NCBI RefSeq assembly: GCF_030684315.1
Contig: NC_081396.1
Location: 9,539,628 to 9,603,627 of the forward strand
DNA length: 64,000 nt
Direction of reading: 5' to 3'
Source: Stegostoma tigrinum
Taxonomy: Eukaryota
The notes beneath the pieces are model-generated. The model was given only the letters and a program-made list of their open reading frames with translations. It was not told the origin of the DNA and did not search any database. Positions 37,210 through 51,800 of this stretch are shown here, in pieces. Each line of letters starts with the position of its first letter. Positions within the stretch are counted from its first letter, which is position 1. Position numbers and translations under genes: made by a program.

Positions 37210-38102
37210 AGATAGTAAAGGGGACTGTCGGAGTATGCAGCAGAATATAGATAGATTCGAGAGTTGGGTGGAGAAATAGCAGATGGAGTTCAATCCAGGC
37301 AAATGTGAGGTGAAGCATTTTGGAAGATCCAATTCAAGAGCGAACTACACAGTAAATGCAAAAGCCCTGGGGAAAATTGATGCACAGAGAGTTCGGGGTC
37401 TTCAGGTCCATTATACCCCGAAGGTGACAACGCAGGTCAATAGAATGGCTAAGAATGCATATGGCATGTTTTCATTCATCGGACGGGGTATCGAGTACAA
37501 GAGTTAGCAGGTCATGTTCCAGTTGCATACGACTTTGGCTCGACCACATTTGAAACACTGCATACAACTCTGGTCACCACATTACCAAAAGGATGTGGAT
37601 GTTTTGGAGAAAGTGCAGAGGAGGTTCAAAAGGATGTTGCCTGGTATGGAGATCGCTATCTATGAAGAGAGGTTGAGTAGATTAGGATTATTCACATTCG
37701 AAAGACAAAGGTTGAGGGGGGACCTGATTGAGGTCTACAAACTCATGAGAGGTATAGACATGGTGGATCGAAAGAAGCACTTTCCTAGAATGGGGAATTC
37801 AATTACTAGGGGACACGATTTCAAGGTGAGAGGGGGAAAGTTTAAGGGACGTATGCCTGTAAAGTTCTTTATGCAGAGCGTGGTGGGTGCCTGGAACACG
37901 TTGCCAGAGGAGGTGGTAGAGGCGGAAAAGATAACATCATTTAAGATGCATCTAGACCGAAACATGAATGTGCAGGGAGCAGAGGGATACAGATCCTTGG
38001 AAAATAAGCGACGGGTTTCGATGGAGGGTTTGGATTGGTGCAGGCTTGGAGGGCCAAAGAGCCTGTTCCTGTGCTGTAATTTTCTTTGCTCTTTGTTCTT
38101 TG
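37210..38102 (+). mobile_element. CR1/HER1 LINE 3' portion starting ~10 nt after the gene B stop codon
   Basis: ORFs MEFNPGKCEVKHFGRSN and LARPHLKHCIQLWSPHYQKD. (tctttgt)n tail. Confidence 0.95.
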
Positions 38103-39189
38103 TATGAACTATTTTTTTTACCTATTTCATGGGTAATTCCATTTGAAATCTGCACATACTAAGGGAATTTAAGTATATATGCCAGAACCGCTGTAAATTT
38201 CGGTCTTGTCTACCGCTCGCAGTCAGTTTTCTGCTCTCTTTCCTGTGCTCATTCAGTCTTTGCACGTTCGCAATTCCAATTTGTCCTTCTCCGGCCAGAT
38301 TTTGGCTTGTACTCAACTCCTGGTTTCACGACTCCATTAAGAATATTTGATCACACAAAACTATTTCAAGCATTGCTTAATGCTCACACACATTGCACTG
38401 AAATGTCTGCCTCTGCAGCTGACTGAAGGTTCCAGAGTCATGACACCAGTATGCAAGATGAGGATGACTGAGTGTTGTCCCACTGTCTTCTTGCACATGA
38501 GTGGCTGTATGTATTACTGCCTCTGCTGCTCCAGAGGGTCAACGCTATTAGCTAACTAACAGCCGTGTACATGTTGTTTCACACAGAGACCCCACAAACT
38601 ATCCCTTACTGCGAGATTTCCTGTGGAACAGATCTAAGTTGGAGAAAAAGTTTTCTACAGTTCATTGTCAAGAATTGTTCAGCAGATTCATGCAAAACCA
38701 CAAGTTACAACAGCCTGAAAACCCCACTTCAGACATAGGGGTCTATTACAGAATCGCATGCCACTGAAAACCACTACAACTTCGACCCACACAATTTATC
38801 ACATCGCTGCTTGTGCAATGTCTTCTCTTAAGGTCACTTCAACTAGAGACAACTTTCTGCATAAAGTAACATTTACAGAGAATACACAAATGACCTATGC
38901 AGCCAATGTCAGGAATCAATGCTGTGAGCTTGAACATGACATAAGCACTGCAGTGAAACAAAATGTTGATGTGCAATCATCCTTTTCAAAACACACCAAT
39001 TAAATCACTGCGGCTCTTGTCAATCTCACAAGGCAATGTATGCCGGATCTACCCCAGTAAAAAAGAAACAACTGATGTATGGCAAATCTAAACAAGGGGC
39101 GATGTGGACTTGTTGGTCTGAAGGGCCTGTTTCCACAGTGTCGGCGTTCTAATTCTAATTCTAAAATTTCTAATCACTTTCATGTTGTA

Positions 39190-39313
39190 GATAGTAAGAA
39201 CTGCCGATGCTGGAGTCAGAGATAGCACAGTGTGGAGCTGGAGGAACACAGAAGGCCAGGCAGCATCAGAGGAGGAGGGAGGTTGATGTTTTGGGTCAGG
39301 ACCCTTCTTCAGA
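39190..39313 (-). mobile_element. Monomeric hammerhead-bearing short element with 14-bp TSD
   Basis: Reverse complement begins tctgaagaagggtcctgacccaaaacatc. Flanked by ACTTTCATGTTGTA 39176-39189 and ACTTTCCTGTTGTA 39314-39327. Confidence 0.85.
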
Positions 39314-40084
39314 ACTTTCCTGTTGTATCTCTTTTTGTTTCTGACCCTGAATCCCCTCCCACTTCCCATTCAGTTCTCGGTCAAGTAGTTCTTTAATGTT
39401 AACTTCGACAGATCCTAATGTCAAACTGTAGCTGGAAAGTGAGGAGAAGGGATCTAAGATACAAGGCATTGAGAAGTGAGCTGTTCGCTGATGACAAGTA
39501 AAAGAGTCATGAGGATATCATTGTTCTTGATCTCCCGTACTGATTCTAGGATTGTGCACTGTGTCCACCATCCCCAGATGAAGACGACATCCACACCTCT
39601 GCACTTCATTTGGCTGTGATATTGTGCCTCTTTTCAGACCAGATTGCAATGTGCAGAAAGCGGAGCTGTAGTAATTTCATACTGTGCAGCACTTGTATGA
39701 CACTACAGTCGTGTACGGGCTGAGGAACAGCCCCTGTTTTGATGTGCTGAGCTGCAGTGAAGAGTTTGCACTATTTAAAGCACCTGATGGAAAATTTGCT
39801 CAAAATGACAGAATCAGTTTCCACTGAATTAGATCATTGTCTTAACTTGTAAAATATGGTGTAAAACACTGAGAAAGTATATTCCATTGGAGTGGGTTAT
39901 AAAATGACAAAACGTCTGTGAGTGAAACTACGATACCAAAGAGTGGAATTGGATGGACACAGCAGGCCAAGTAGCATCTTAGGAACACAATCACCATTGT
40001 ATTAGTAACTCCAAAAGATTGAATTGTGGTACAGAAAGAGATCATTTCACAAGGTACACTGCTTTGAAAGAGCAGTTGAGACTG

Positions 40085-41290
40085 AGAACATAAAAACATA
40101 GAACCAGGAGCAAGAGTAAGCCATCTGGCCCCTCGAGCCTGCTCCGCCATTCAATAAGATCATGGCTGATCTTTTCATGGACTCAGCTCCACTTACCGCC
40201 CGTTCACCATAACCCATAATTCCTCTACTGTTCAAAAATCTATCTATCTTTTTGCTTAAAAACATTTGATGAGGGAGCTTCAACTATTTCCCTGGACAGG
40301 ACATTGCGCAGCTGCACAATCCTTTGGGTGAAAAAGTTCCTCCTCAACTCCAGTGATAAATCTGGTCCCCTTTGTTTTGTATCTATGACTGTCCTAGTTT
40401 CACCTGCCAGTGGAAATCACCTCCCTGCTTCTCTCTTATTTATTAACTTCACAATTTTTTATGTTTGTAGAATGGGGAATACATGCTGTCTAGCCAGTAA
40501 TGCCTTCAGACAGAAACAGAAAGACAAAATCATCGCTTGTACATTTTTAGACATATTTTTCACCAAAGTTCCACTAGCAGGAGTTTTCTCATTATCTATT
40601 ATCCCGAATACATCCGTGTTTTGAAGACATCAGTCAAATTATAACCTTCTGTTTTGCGGGAGACAGTAGTTCCAACATCCCCGAGTTGTCCCCAGAGTGG
40701 AGTCACCTTACATCTGGTAATATATTTGTTAATCTTCCGTGGATCCACTCTTGTACCTTTGCATTCTTGCCAATAGCCAGTGACCAGAACTGCATGCAAT
40801 GCTTTGGTTGAAGCAAGCTACTGTTTAATATTGATTTATTGTGATGTCTTTGCAAATGTTCTCTTTGCCTCCATTTACAACGTCTACATTGTTGGATCAC
40901 TCAATCGCCCCGTTCTCAATGTAGCGTGGCATATTCGCAATTTCATTCAAATATGTACACCAGGAGCCTCTGTTACTGCACTATCTTTGTAATTACATCG
41001 TTTCTATGACAGTTTTTCACTGTGTTCTTCTAAAAAATTGAAACACTTCACAGTTCTCTGAATAAAATTTCATCTCCCCCTTAACATTTATTGTGAGAAT
41101 CTCTTTTTAATCACCTTGACATCTACTCTATAATTGCTAGTATGTCAGAGTGTCTTGTTTTACACAAAGTTTGCAATTGTGCCTGTAATCCCAAACCCAG
41201 ATCATTACTTAGTACCAAGTGAGCAGGGGTCCTAAAATTTGAACCATGAGGGCCTCCACTGTAAAACTGCAACCAGTCCAGAAAGGTAAA
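40085..41290 (-). mobile_element. CR1 fragments (a younger 3' end at 40085-40470, older degenerate RT to ~41290)
   Basis: aacataaaaacatagaaccaggagcaagagtaagccat tail. gccagtgaccagaactgcatgcaatgc (HCMQFWSL on the minus strand). Confidence 0.75.
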
Positions 41291-41469
41291 AAGAAATTTT
41301 ACTTGTTGGATAATACAATTCCATCAATAATGTGATTCTAAGTTTTAAAATAATCATAGAAAATACTGTAAACTAGCAGAATCTTGGGCAGCACATGAAC
41401 AGCTAGAATACAGTTTATATTTCATGCTATGACACTTAGTCCCACTTACCTGAATGTTTTCTCTGAATA

Positions 41470-42400
41470 CATTAAATATCAATGTCCATGCAAAAATAAA
41501 AGGTAATTCAGTACCTTAAAACTAAATAGACTTTGTTCACAGGTGAAAAGAACCCAATCTCAAAAATACACATTGGGCTCTTCGTTATTCGACTAAATGT
41601 TAGCATATTCCACGCACCATCATGATTACATTTTGGAAATATAGCAGCAAGGACCAAATTTGTAACAATCTTGATTTTATTAAACATCACCAAAGGGAAA
41701 TGTTTCGTCCCAGAGAGTACACAATGAGAAGGAAATAAGAAGCAATAGAGAGGAAAAGATTAAAAAACAGATTTGGTGATAGATACATGCAGAAATAGGG
41801 TGAAAGAAACAGAGACCATGGAGATGCAACAAGGAGGCACACATTGTATATGAATGTGGAACCTGTGCATCCAATCGCTTTCTTTGGTGCAGATTGAAAT
41901 AAAGTAAAGCTTTGTTGAGGTGTGACATGCTGAACAGTTAAATTCTCACTTGTCCAGTGCTCCACAAAAATGGGCAGCAAAAAGAGTAATAGACTGTGAA
42001 TCAGATTACGATAACAATGCTTTGTTTTAAATCCCACGATTGGTTTTCAAGTGTTCTGCAGAGACGAGAAGGACTTCCTGAAATTTCACAAAGGCAACAA
42101 AATGTTTGGATTATTCCAGCTATTGTCTACCAGAACAGGCACTCAACTGTTGGCTTTTATTTTACAAATAGAGATACGAACAGCTGTTAACCAGCCACAT
42201 AGTGGCTCCCAGTTTCTTGCTTCCTTCTCCAATGGCACAGTGAAACCGCTAATTTCATGGCATTTCGTGTCACTTTAGATTGTCCTTCGTTGGAAAAAAC
42301 GCAAAGCTTTCACACTCGCATCTTTCTGAGTGATGCAATCCGAAGTGATAACAATGAGAAATTGGAGACAGTGGAAAGGAAATAAGAACCTCATATCAGG
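41470..42400 (-). repeat. Diverged low-copy block, inverted paralogue of 15940-17460
   Basis: Colinear reverse-complement matches across ~0.9 kb (see the 15940 feature). Confidence 0.75.
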
Positions 42401-45400
42401 AAAATGTCTAAAATGTAACAGATTGCACAGGATGAGTTGAGGGGATGAACTGGTTGATGATACTGAACAGCTGCATGACCTTGAATGAGTCCTGCGAACA
42501 TTCCTGCATGTACTGAAGCTGGCACAATCAACATGTTTTCCTGTAGTTGTTATTCTCTGTGCTGGCTGTTTGTTACACCGTGCAAGAGAGAGCGTTTAAT
42601 TGGAAGTCGCTGGACTTCACTTCGGGCATAGATCATGAACAGTGCCAGGAATAACCTCAGTCTCTCGACCAGCCATCGAATAAGGGGTCCCCAACAGGCA
42701 GAAGGGTGCGAGGCTTGTTATTCTTCTTCCACATTTTTTGCATTCCTTTTTATTTGTTTAATAAATGTTCCTCTCTTTGCCATCTTTTATTGTTATTCAA
42801 TAATTGTTTGTGCTTAAGCAAATTGCTGCTGTCCAACCTTCTCTTAACTACATTGAACAGAATCTGAAAAGAACCGCCCTGGAACACCTTGAGATCCAAA
42901 GCATTTGTAGCGATCAGGATGGAATTTGGGAAAATGTGCAAGAGAAGGGAAAAACAACCTGATGACCCGGAGAGACCTTCCATATTCCAGGGTGCAATGC
43001 AGCAGACTCTGGATTCGGGTCTGCAGCTAATATGTCAGCACAATTAGGTCCCCCAAAAGGATGGGGGACAGTTATAACTGGTAAAGGAGAGAATTGGAGG
43101 TCAGGTTCCTGTGCTGTGCAAGTGCACTGAAATTTGTGGAAGTGTTAACTCTTTGTGGCCAGGTTTGAATGCACCTTGTCGGTTGCTGAATGGCATCTTG
43201 TACAGTTTGTGTTTACTTGCTCCCTCGAACTGCAGATACTTTGGAGTTTTAGTTTGTATTTTAGCAATGCCTGGTGATTTGGAAGTGTCTTCTGTGCCTC
43301 TATGCGTGTGGGACATGTGCGTTTAATATAATGTCCTTTTAAAGAAACCATCAGTGGGTGTCCCATCGTTATGGGGTTAAGGCAGGAACAGGATACTGAT
43401 TGTGGATGATCAGCCATGATCATAATGAATCGTGGTGCTGGCTCGAAGTGCAGAATGGCCTACTCTTGCACCTATTGTCTATTGTCTATTGTGTGTAAAG
43501 CAAAACATTCTGTGAAATTTAGATTCAAAAATTTGGGCTGTAAAGCTGAGTAAAACTTTACATTTTGGAATTGGCTCCATGTTATGATTAGATTTGGGTA
43601 AATTTTAATTCCAGAAATTATCCCATTTGGAATTGTCATGTTCTGGCCAGAGTGAACTTTTAAATATTGCTTAAACAGGAGAGAATCTTTAATTCTGGAT
43701 GATAAGATTGACTCATTGCTAATATTCAAGTGATAGGGACGTCGCAATGTTGAAAATGCAACTCCTTGTGTGCAAGGAGTTTAGAAAACGCAAACTTAAC
43801 AAAGGAGTGAGCTTTCCCTTCATTCAAGGAGGAGAGATGGATGATGCAACTACATGCAGGAGTTTACACCACTTCCCCCTTTTATGACTCCATAGTCGAT
43901 TAATCCTCATTAAGCCGGTCTGCTTGATGTAGAATGGATGAAAATGTTTGCTTTCTTTTAGAAATTGGACACACTGAATGCTGAACCCATTTGCAGGATT
44001 TCAACATTGCAACACAGAGGTGGGTCAGGCACCCTGAACTCATCAAGCTGTTCATCAATAACACATTTCAGTGTTAAGGAAGTACTGTGGAAATATTAAT
44101 TGCAGTGAGTGTCAAGAACCTCAAAACCACTGAGCCGGGTACACTTAAGCATATCATGACAAAAAATTATGTTAAGACTCACATGACCAGATATTCAAAA
44201 TAGCCTAATGGGATAGTTTCATGAAAATTTGAAAGGATTCTGGCAAATGCAAAAGGGCATGCACACAGTCTCAGTGATTTCAATGCATACAAAAATAATT
44301 AGTAACCTTAAGGGAGTCAGCAGATTGTGAAATTTGGGCAAACTTACACAGAGATATATCAAATACCTTGAATGTGTTATCAAGTGCTGTTTATTTTAAC
44401 GTGGGTCATCTTGGAAAAAGAACAAACAAAGTGTTTTGTGACTGAATCAAACATAAATGTTTGACTTCTGTTTTTAAGACGTTATAAGATTTTGTTCTAT
44501 GGAGTATAAATTTCTATAGATCTCTGGAATTAGCTATGATAGCAATCGTTAAGTTGCAAAATTGGATGAGATGAAGTAATTAATTGAGACTGGTAGCAAA
44601 AGGCAAAAAAAAATAGAATAATGGGTTGAAGCAGCAATTCAGGTTAAAATAGTACAGTACTAAAAAGGCAGTTTTGATGGGAGCACAAAACTGATAATTT
44701 ACTCTTGGTTATGCTTCTACCCTGAACTTCCGTTTTCAGAGAATTAAATTGATGATCAAGTCAGTACCCAAAGCATCAGGACGTATGTGGAGAGACAAGT
44801 AAAACCTCACAGACCATCTGATATGATCGTGTGTGAGTCAATAATGCATGACATGGTCTTGGGACACCAATGTAAGTGTGCATAAGTGAATGTTACCTCG
44901 GAGGTAACAAACATGAGATGGTTAACAAAAAACACACACACACTGAAGAACAGATCTCAGACACATACACCTACTTGACGAAAGCATTAGTGCACCTTGG
45001 AAGAGCACAATAACTTATTTTAAATGATAAGACACGGATACAAAATCCATAGAGAATCTGACTGAAAATAGTGAAAGTAGTATTATTGAAAGGGATGTAA
45101 AAAGAATTGCAATCGAAATAAAAATTCCACTTGGCTATTATGTCAAGATGTTGCAAAAATCAAACAATATGGATTCTGGGAGGTGTAAGGGGATTGAGTG
45201 AAAGGACCCGTTGGATGATGTACGGATGCCCCATCTCTCACGTTTGCATGATGCATGCGCTCTAGCGTTTAGACCAATAGGTGGAATGTTATTCTTCAAA
45301 ATGACACCATTCTGCCCATTGTGCCAGCACTGATGCTGCAATTGGACGTTATGATTTAGTACCATTTTCCTACCAATTCCCCGTAAACCCACTAAAACTT

Positions 45401-47019
45401 TACTCAAATTATCTCGCAATGCGCATCTCATGGCCAGAGAGTCCATTCCAGAACTTGACCGCTAGCTGCGTTAGAAAATATGCTTTCTTCAACAGCATTC
45501 TTTTCATTTGCAAGTTCCCTTTAATCTTTGTCCTTTCATTCACTATCTTGCCTCAGTGGGAAAAGTTTATCCCTCTCTTTCAGCCTCAATCTCACATGAT
45601 TTTCATATCACCTATTTGCTCTCTTTACAACCTTGTCCTCTCCAAGGGAAATTGTCTCAATTTCTCCAATCTCACTTTTTTCAACGAATATCTTCATTCC
45701 TAGAAACATTTTTTTAGATCTCTGCGGAATTCTCTCCAATGCATTCCCACCTTCCCTTGAATGTCCACAACTGTACAAAATACTTCAGCTGACGTCGACC
45801 TAATGTCTTGATAAAATGCAGCAGTATCTCCTTTCTCGATTAATCTCTGACTGAGTCAATAACAACCCCTCAGCCAGCGTATGTTCTAATAATAAAATAG
45901 GAATAACAAGCCATTTCTCATTCAATTGAATCCATGAAGAAAACATGTTAAAAATATCTTCCGCAAGACAATTGTGTGGTTCTACTTTCTTGCTACTTTC
46001 TCCTCCCATTTCTCAGTCATTGCACAGAAAGTAATAATAAAACAAAAGTGGAAATGTAAATTCTTGTCCGTTTACATTACTGCAATTGAATTTTCAGTCT
46101 GTAGAGACCAAGGTCAGAGTGAAACAGAAATATGAGGTATGGGGGAATTGGTATTGCTGATGATGAATGTCAAATTGACAACGTGGTATCTGCTGGCTGC
46201 TGTTTGGAATTGGAAGGTGGTTAAATCGATTGTGTGGAGAACACCAGTTGTCATTTCTCTCTTCAGTGGAAAAAATGGAGCAGGAAATGAGTATTCCATG
46301 AATTCACCAACATGTGTTTCTAAATTAACAACAAATTGTGCAAAATATATTCTCATTATTTATTTCATTGCAATTTTAGAAATTTGACATATTCAAATTG
46401 ACAACTATTGCCTCACCCACCTTCAAAACCTTACCCAATCCACTAGGAACACGGCCAAAAAATACAGTAACTTGTCTCAAAAGGGACCTTCAAATGTGTG
46501 CTAATAAAGTTTCCACTGAGAAAAGAGAAAAGGTGAATACCTGAAAATGCAATTCCATAATCGTCTCAAAAATACCTTCCTAATTTTAGAATTTCTCTCA
46601 ATTTTGTTCTAAGTTCTGAAATATGCTGTACCTTTATCCTGCATCTAATTGCTTTGAAATATTTACATTTTAACCTTTTCAATCTTGATTGTCAGGCCGA
46701 CATTTGAAAATACTTGAATTGGATGAGCCTGCCGAAGAAGTTACCATGTCGGACCCGAATGGGCATCATCAGCGCAGTTGTTCTGAAATGATTATATCAA
46801 CACTGAATGTAGTGCCTACTGAACAGAATATATCAGAAAATGCTGACAGTACAAAGAAGACCAGAAAAAATCTGGAGAGATAATGGCAGTTAACTCTTCA
46901 ATGAATCTTGCTGCTCCTGGAATGAAAACTATCCTCAATCAATCTTACCCTTCTGAATTTATGGTGGGGACATTAATTGTGGAGACATGGGAAAAGATTA
47001 ATCCCACCCACTGCAGGCA

Positions 47020-47450
47020 CATAGAGTCATAAAACGCGGAAACAGACACTGTTGTACATTTCATCTGTGCTGACGAGACATCCCAATCTGACGGAGCATC
47101 ATCTGCCAGCATTTGGCCCATGTCCCTCTAAACTCTTCCTATTCGTATACCCATCCGATTGCCTTTTAAATGCAGCAATTACACCCCTCTCCACCACTTG
47201 GACTACCAGCTAGTTCCATACACGCACCAATCTCTGTGTGAAAAAGTTATCCTTCCGTTCATTTTTTAAATCGTTTTACTTTAAACCTATGTCCTCTAGT
47301 TTTGGATTCCTCAACCCTGGGGGAAAAGACCTTGGCTATTTACCTTATCCATGCACCTCATGCTTTTGTAAACCTCTGCAAGGTCACCTCTCAGCCTCCG
47401 ATGCTCCAGCAGAGAAAATCCCCAGCCTTTTCAGCCTCTCCTTATAATCC
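47020..47450 (-). mobile_element. CR1 3' fragment
   Basis: catagagtcat tail, ccagcatttggcccatgtccctctaaac, ttggattcctcaaccctggggg. Confidence 0.85.
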
Positions 47451-48544
47451 ACATTTCCTGATGTCAGCACCATCCTTCAAGCAAGGCAGTCACCCCTTGT
47501 ACTCAACTGTTCTGACTGTTTGGAAGGTGGAACTTCGAAATCCCAATTTATAGGAAGGAGAATTGTGAAATGTATCACATCAGAGTCAAACAGCCAGCGT
47601 CTTAAACAAGGAAAAACTGCCATTACTGCTTGGGGTTCATGGGATAGTTCTCTTCTATTTCTGGATCCAGAGTTTTGAAAGTTTCTCAAAGTAGGAGACT
47701 GGAATTTCTGCTTTGTTTCCTTCCAAATTCTCATCTGATAGCTGACATTTTTTTTAAAGTCTCATCACATTTCTAAGTCTGGCATGATGTCCAGGGAAGA
47801 CGAATTGTGGAAAAATTCTAGAGATTGGGATTGTTCTCTCGAAAGAGAAAATAAATTCATGAGGTATTTCATGGGGTTGTGTATAAGCAGAGAGCGGGTT
47901 GAGGTGGTCAGGGTATTAGTGAATGGTGGGGGACTGGTTTCAGCGCGGGTGGAACATAAGGTTGACAGAACAAACTGCCTCCTCCAACGAGAGTCAAGAA
48001 TTGGGAGAACTGGAACCGAGGATCATTTAAGGAAAGATCATCTGGCATCTCTATTTGAATTTATTTGCTTATAACCATTGTATACTTTGTTACAAATAAC
48101 CTTAAACTGGAACAGAGCGCAGTGAGGTGGGGTTGGGAGCAGGGCGAACAAGATTTTATTGTAATACTTGATGTCTATTTGAGTCTCAACACATTGTCTC
48201 ACTTCTCAGTCTTCCTGTTATAAAGCAAGTCCCACCAAATCAGGACAGTATGCATCTTTTAACGACCATATGCATGGGTAAAAACTTTCCTCATTTCCAG
48301 AGTTCCATATCAGTGGTAAATTTCAAGGAAGCATCTTGCTGAATTTGTTAAGCTTCCTGTGGTCAAAGCAGCTGAGCACAAGGGGAGAAGGTGGATCTTT
48401 TTCTCTCTCTCTGGAATGAGTTGAAAGAAGATGGAATGCCTGTGAAAACAGGGAACAATTCCAAGAGGATTCAGCACAGAAAGTGGTGATTCGGCCTGAA
48501 GTGCTGGTTTGAAAAATGCATTTTTGTTCAAATTCTTTAACAGG

Positions 48545-48870
48545 TGGATCGGGTTTCTGGCAAGCCTGCTTTAATTATCCATCCCTCATTGCCCAAAAGT
48601 TTATTCAGAGGAACTACATTGGTATGGAGTCACATGTAGGCCAGACCAGAAAAGGATGCCTCTTTCCTTCTGAAAGGACATTACTGAGCCAAATGGGCAT
48701 TTACCCCTGATAATTGATTCAGGGTCATAACTAGATTTTTAATTCCAGAAATTTTATTGAATTCACATTCCAACATTTGTCACTGCAGGTTTTGAACCTG
48801 GGATCCAAGAATGTTACCAGGGACTCTGGATTAACCGTCCACCGAGGATACCACGAGGCCATTGCCTGCC
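48545..48870 (-). mobile_element. SacSINE/DeuSINE-like SINE
   Basis: Reverse of 19445-19810 (ccatccctcattgccc, gagtcacatgtaggccagacc, ccacgaggccattgcc). Confidence 0.75.
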
Positions 48871-51800
48871 CACGTGTGAGAAATTGATCAGGAATGATAA
48901 TTGTCCTCATCTAAACACGAGGCAATCAACTCTGTCCATATGTTAGAGAATAATTCCTGCAGGTTCAACTCAGATTTCGTGAAAAACCTAGCCATCAGCA
49001 TTTGAAACTGCCCAAAGCAACCCATACAGTTTTCTCACTCTTTACTTCAGCAACTGGAACCCGACAACAGGCTTTGAATTTGAACTAACGTTTTTGGTAT
49101 AATATTAGTCACTTGTTACATCAGATACAAGATATAACTCACAGCACCTTTCAGTGTCAGCCACCCAGTCTTTTCCTCGGTCACTTGCAATGTCTGCACT
49201 CCCCCGTTTTTCTGACAGCTAAAAGGCAAGAATACACTCTCGACTTCTCCAACGCCCAAGAAATGCATGAAATGCCAAGGTCTGCTTTGGTAGCATTAGA
49301 ACTCACTCCTCCAACAAGACACAAGCCTAAATCCAGTGTCATAGACTGCACAGCCATGCTAACTGATGACAGTTGTATTGTCAAAACGTTTGACTGATAA
49401 TGGCACTGAGTTAGAACGGAAACGATGAGCAGGACACCGTTCCTCATGCCTTTAAGATTTTATTTTTTCACGTAAGGATTTGATGTACCATAGGTGACAG
49501 TGGCATCTCCATCACTTATTATCCATTCCCAGGTGCAGCTGAAAAGATGCTGAGCAGCATTTTTGGGTAAATTGGTGAATGGTGATTTCTCCTTGTCCAT
49601 CAGTCCTTCTCAAGTTCGATCACAGAGCTTCCCTGCTGCTTGTTTTACAAAGTGACTCTTGACTTTATGATCAGAGTCTTGCAGGTACTCAGCAGCTCGG
49701 ATGGGATCTGTTGATATAGGATCAGAGCTGATGTTTGAGCTCAATTACCTTCCATCAGGACTGTGGAAAGTGAGAGATCTTAGAGGTTTCAAACCAATTC
49801 TCAGTGAGGGAAAGGGGAGAGGAGGAAAGAAGGAAAAAAGCATGGTCCTTGATAGGTGGAAGACAGGAGACATTCAATAACAAAAGGGAATATCGTGAAT
49901 TACAGAAGGAGATGAGAATTGAAGAAAAAAATCAACACAGGTTGATTGAAATATTCTGGACCAAAGAGCTCTCTGTGCTGTGGGGCGTTTTACTTCCGAG
50001 TTCACTCCCAGAACATGTCTGTTCCACAGTGAAAATTCAATGCTTAACCCCGGTTTCTGTGAATAAACATTTCATTAAAGAATACATCACAGTCCACGTC
50101 AGCAGAAGGAAAACATGAAAATACTTGCTACTTGGATGATGTTCAGAGGTGATTTAATAGTTTATTCCCTACGCCTTCTGAATCTGTTCATTATGGTCTG
50201 GTCCAACACACTTCTTCCCATTCTTATGTCTCCCATTCTATCCTTCAATAATCATTTACTATTATTATGTTTGAAGAGCAATTTACAATTTGTTGTATCA
50301 CAGCCTGCCATTTGTTTTTGCTTTTGTTTCGTCTCAGTTTTCTTCACTTCACCATTAGCCTCTCTCCAACATTTGAGATACTCTTGCCGATTTAATTGCT
50401 TTTTCAGTGTAAATTATTTCGAAAAATATCAACACTTTTAATTTTTTCTGTTAGTATCAGGATATTGAAGGTAAAGCTGAGATAATTCAACAATACTCCT
50501 TTGGCTGTTTATTGGACCAAATTCATTTAGCGTTTCTCCAATGCTGTACCAGGAGATTGGACTTTTCGTCGGTTTCTCAAAGTTAAAATGAAATCTGTAT
50601 TACAGACCTGTTTTGTCGATATTTTCATAAAGAAAGTGTTCAGGAGTTGCCAAAGGGAACTGAAGGGAAAGGATGTGGCATGCTTTCTTCAACAAAACGT
50701 AATAAATAGTTGTTTATTATCCATTGTATATGTACACTTCATTTCTGTAAACGTAGATAAACACAATGTGCGGGTAGAAGAACACTGCAGGCCAGGCAGC
50801 ACCGAAAGAGCTGGAAAGCTGATGTTTCGGGTCGATACCCTACTTCGGGAAAAGAAAACATCTTTACGTCTGCAAATGTGCCCTGCCTCAATTTGCATTT
50901 ATTAGAGTATTACCCCTCGATCTCTGATATTTGGTCTTGACTAATCCGAAATATTCATGGCTTTTGCCTCATATTTTATTCTCGAAAATCAAGGTAATCT
51001 AAAACTCCTTCCAATGGCAGATTAGTTTAGTTTGCTCATTCCCTCTCAACCACTGCGCTTCCCGCCTCAGAACCACCTCCACTTAAAAAGAAAATCCATC
51101 TTTTCAAGTCATGACGTGTCCTTGTATCTATGTCCGTATCCCATTCCTGTTATACATCTATCCGATGTGTCAATGCTGCACTCAATCAATCATTACCATG
51201 TTACTTCACACCACCCACTGCAGCCCTTTATTCAGTTGTAAATCCCAAGGCCTCTGGGATTCTACCTTGAAATATTATTGTCTGTCCATTTACTTGTCCT
51301 GTTCGTGACCCACCATCTTTATAAATGCAATTAGGTGAAGAAGCATGTTCCCACCCGCCAGAGCATGCATTTAAGCTTCAACCAAGGCTCAGGTTACAGT
51401 AACCCACCCTGTTGTAACAGATTCTGAAATCAACTGCTATTCCCAGATGTAAACGTGGAAAAACTAAGTTTAAAATTCCAGTGCACAAGCGATGATGAGC
51501 AGCACTGATGGAGATGCTCTGTTTTGGGGGAGACAGTAAAACAAATAACCATCTGAACTCGAGGCACTCAGCATAATTATCCATTACACGGTTTCGAAGA
51601 ACAGAGGATGTCTTTGTCCTGGCCAATGTTTAACTTTCAAGCAGTGTCACAAGACATGCGTATCTTTTCATGATCACGTGAACAGTTTGGGGCTGCTTGA
51701 TGTGTAAATATGTTTGACCACATTTCCAACATCACAACAATGACGAAACTTTTAAAAAATCACTTTCATCTGGAAGGGACATTTTAGGACGTGGGATGGT

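Noticed and set aside
38347-38559. ORF containing MYYC
   Set aside because: No IgV framework and no RSS after it.
42570-44900. Possible old LTR-retroelement internal region
   Set aside because: No gag/pol motif, primer-binding site or paired LTR could be read with confidence.
46085-46145. J-segment-like peptide LNFQSVETKVRVKQ followed by GTATG
   Set aside because: No FGxG motif and no convincing upstream 12-RSS.
47470-47560. Minus-strand VPPSKQSEQLSTRG resembling the start of an Ig C1 domain
   Set aside because: Too short, and lacks the Cys/Trp framework.
49181-49447. Minus-strand ORF with leader-like stretches and a GTGAGT donor
   Set aside because: No downstream V exon or other partner exon could be found.
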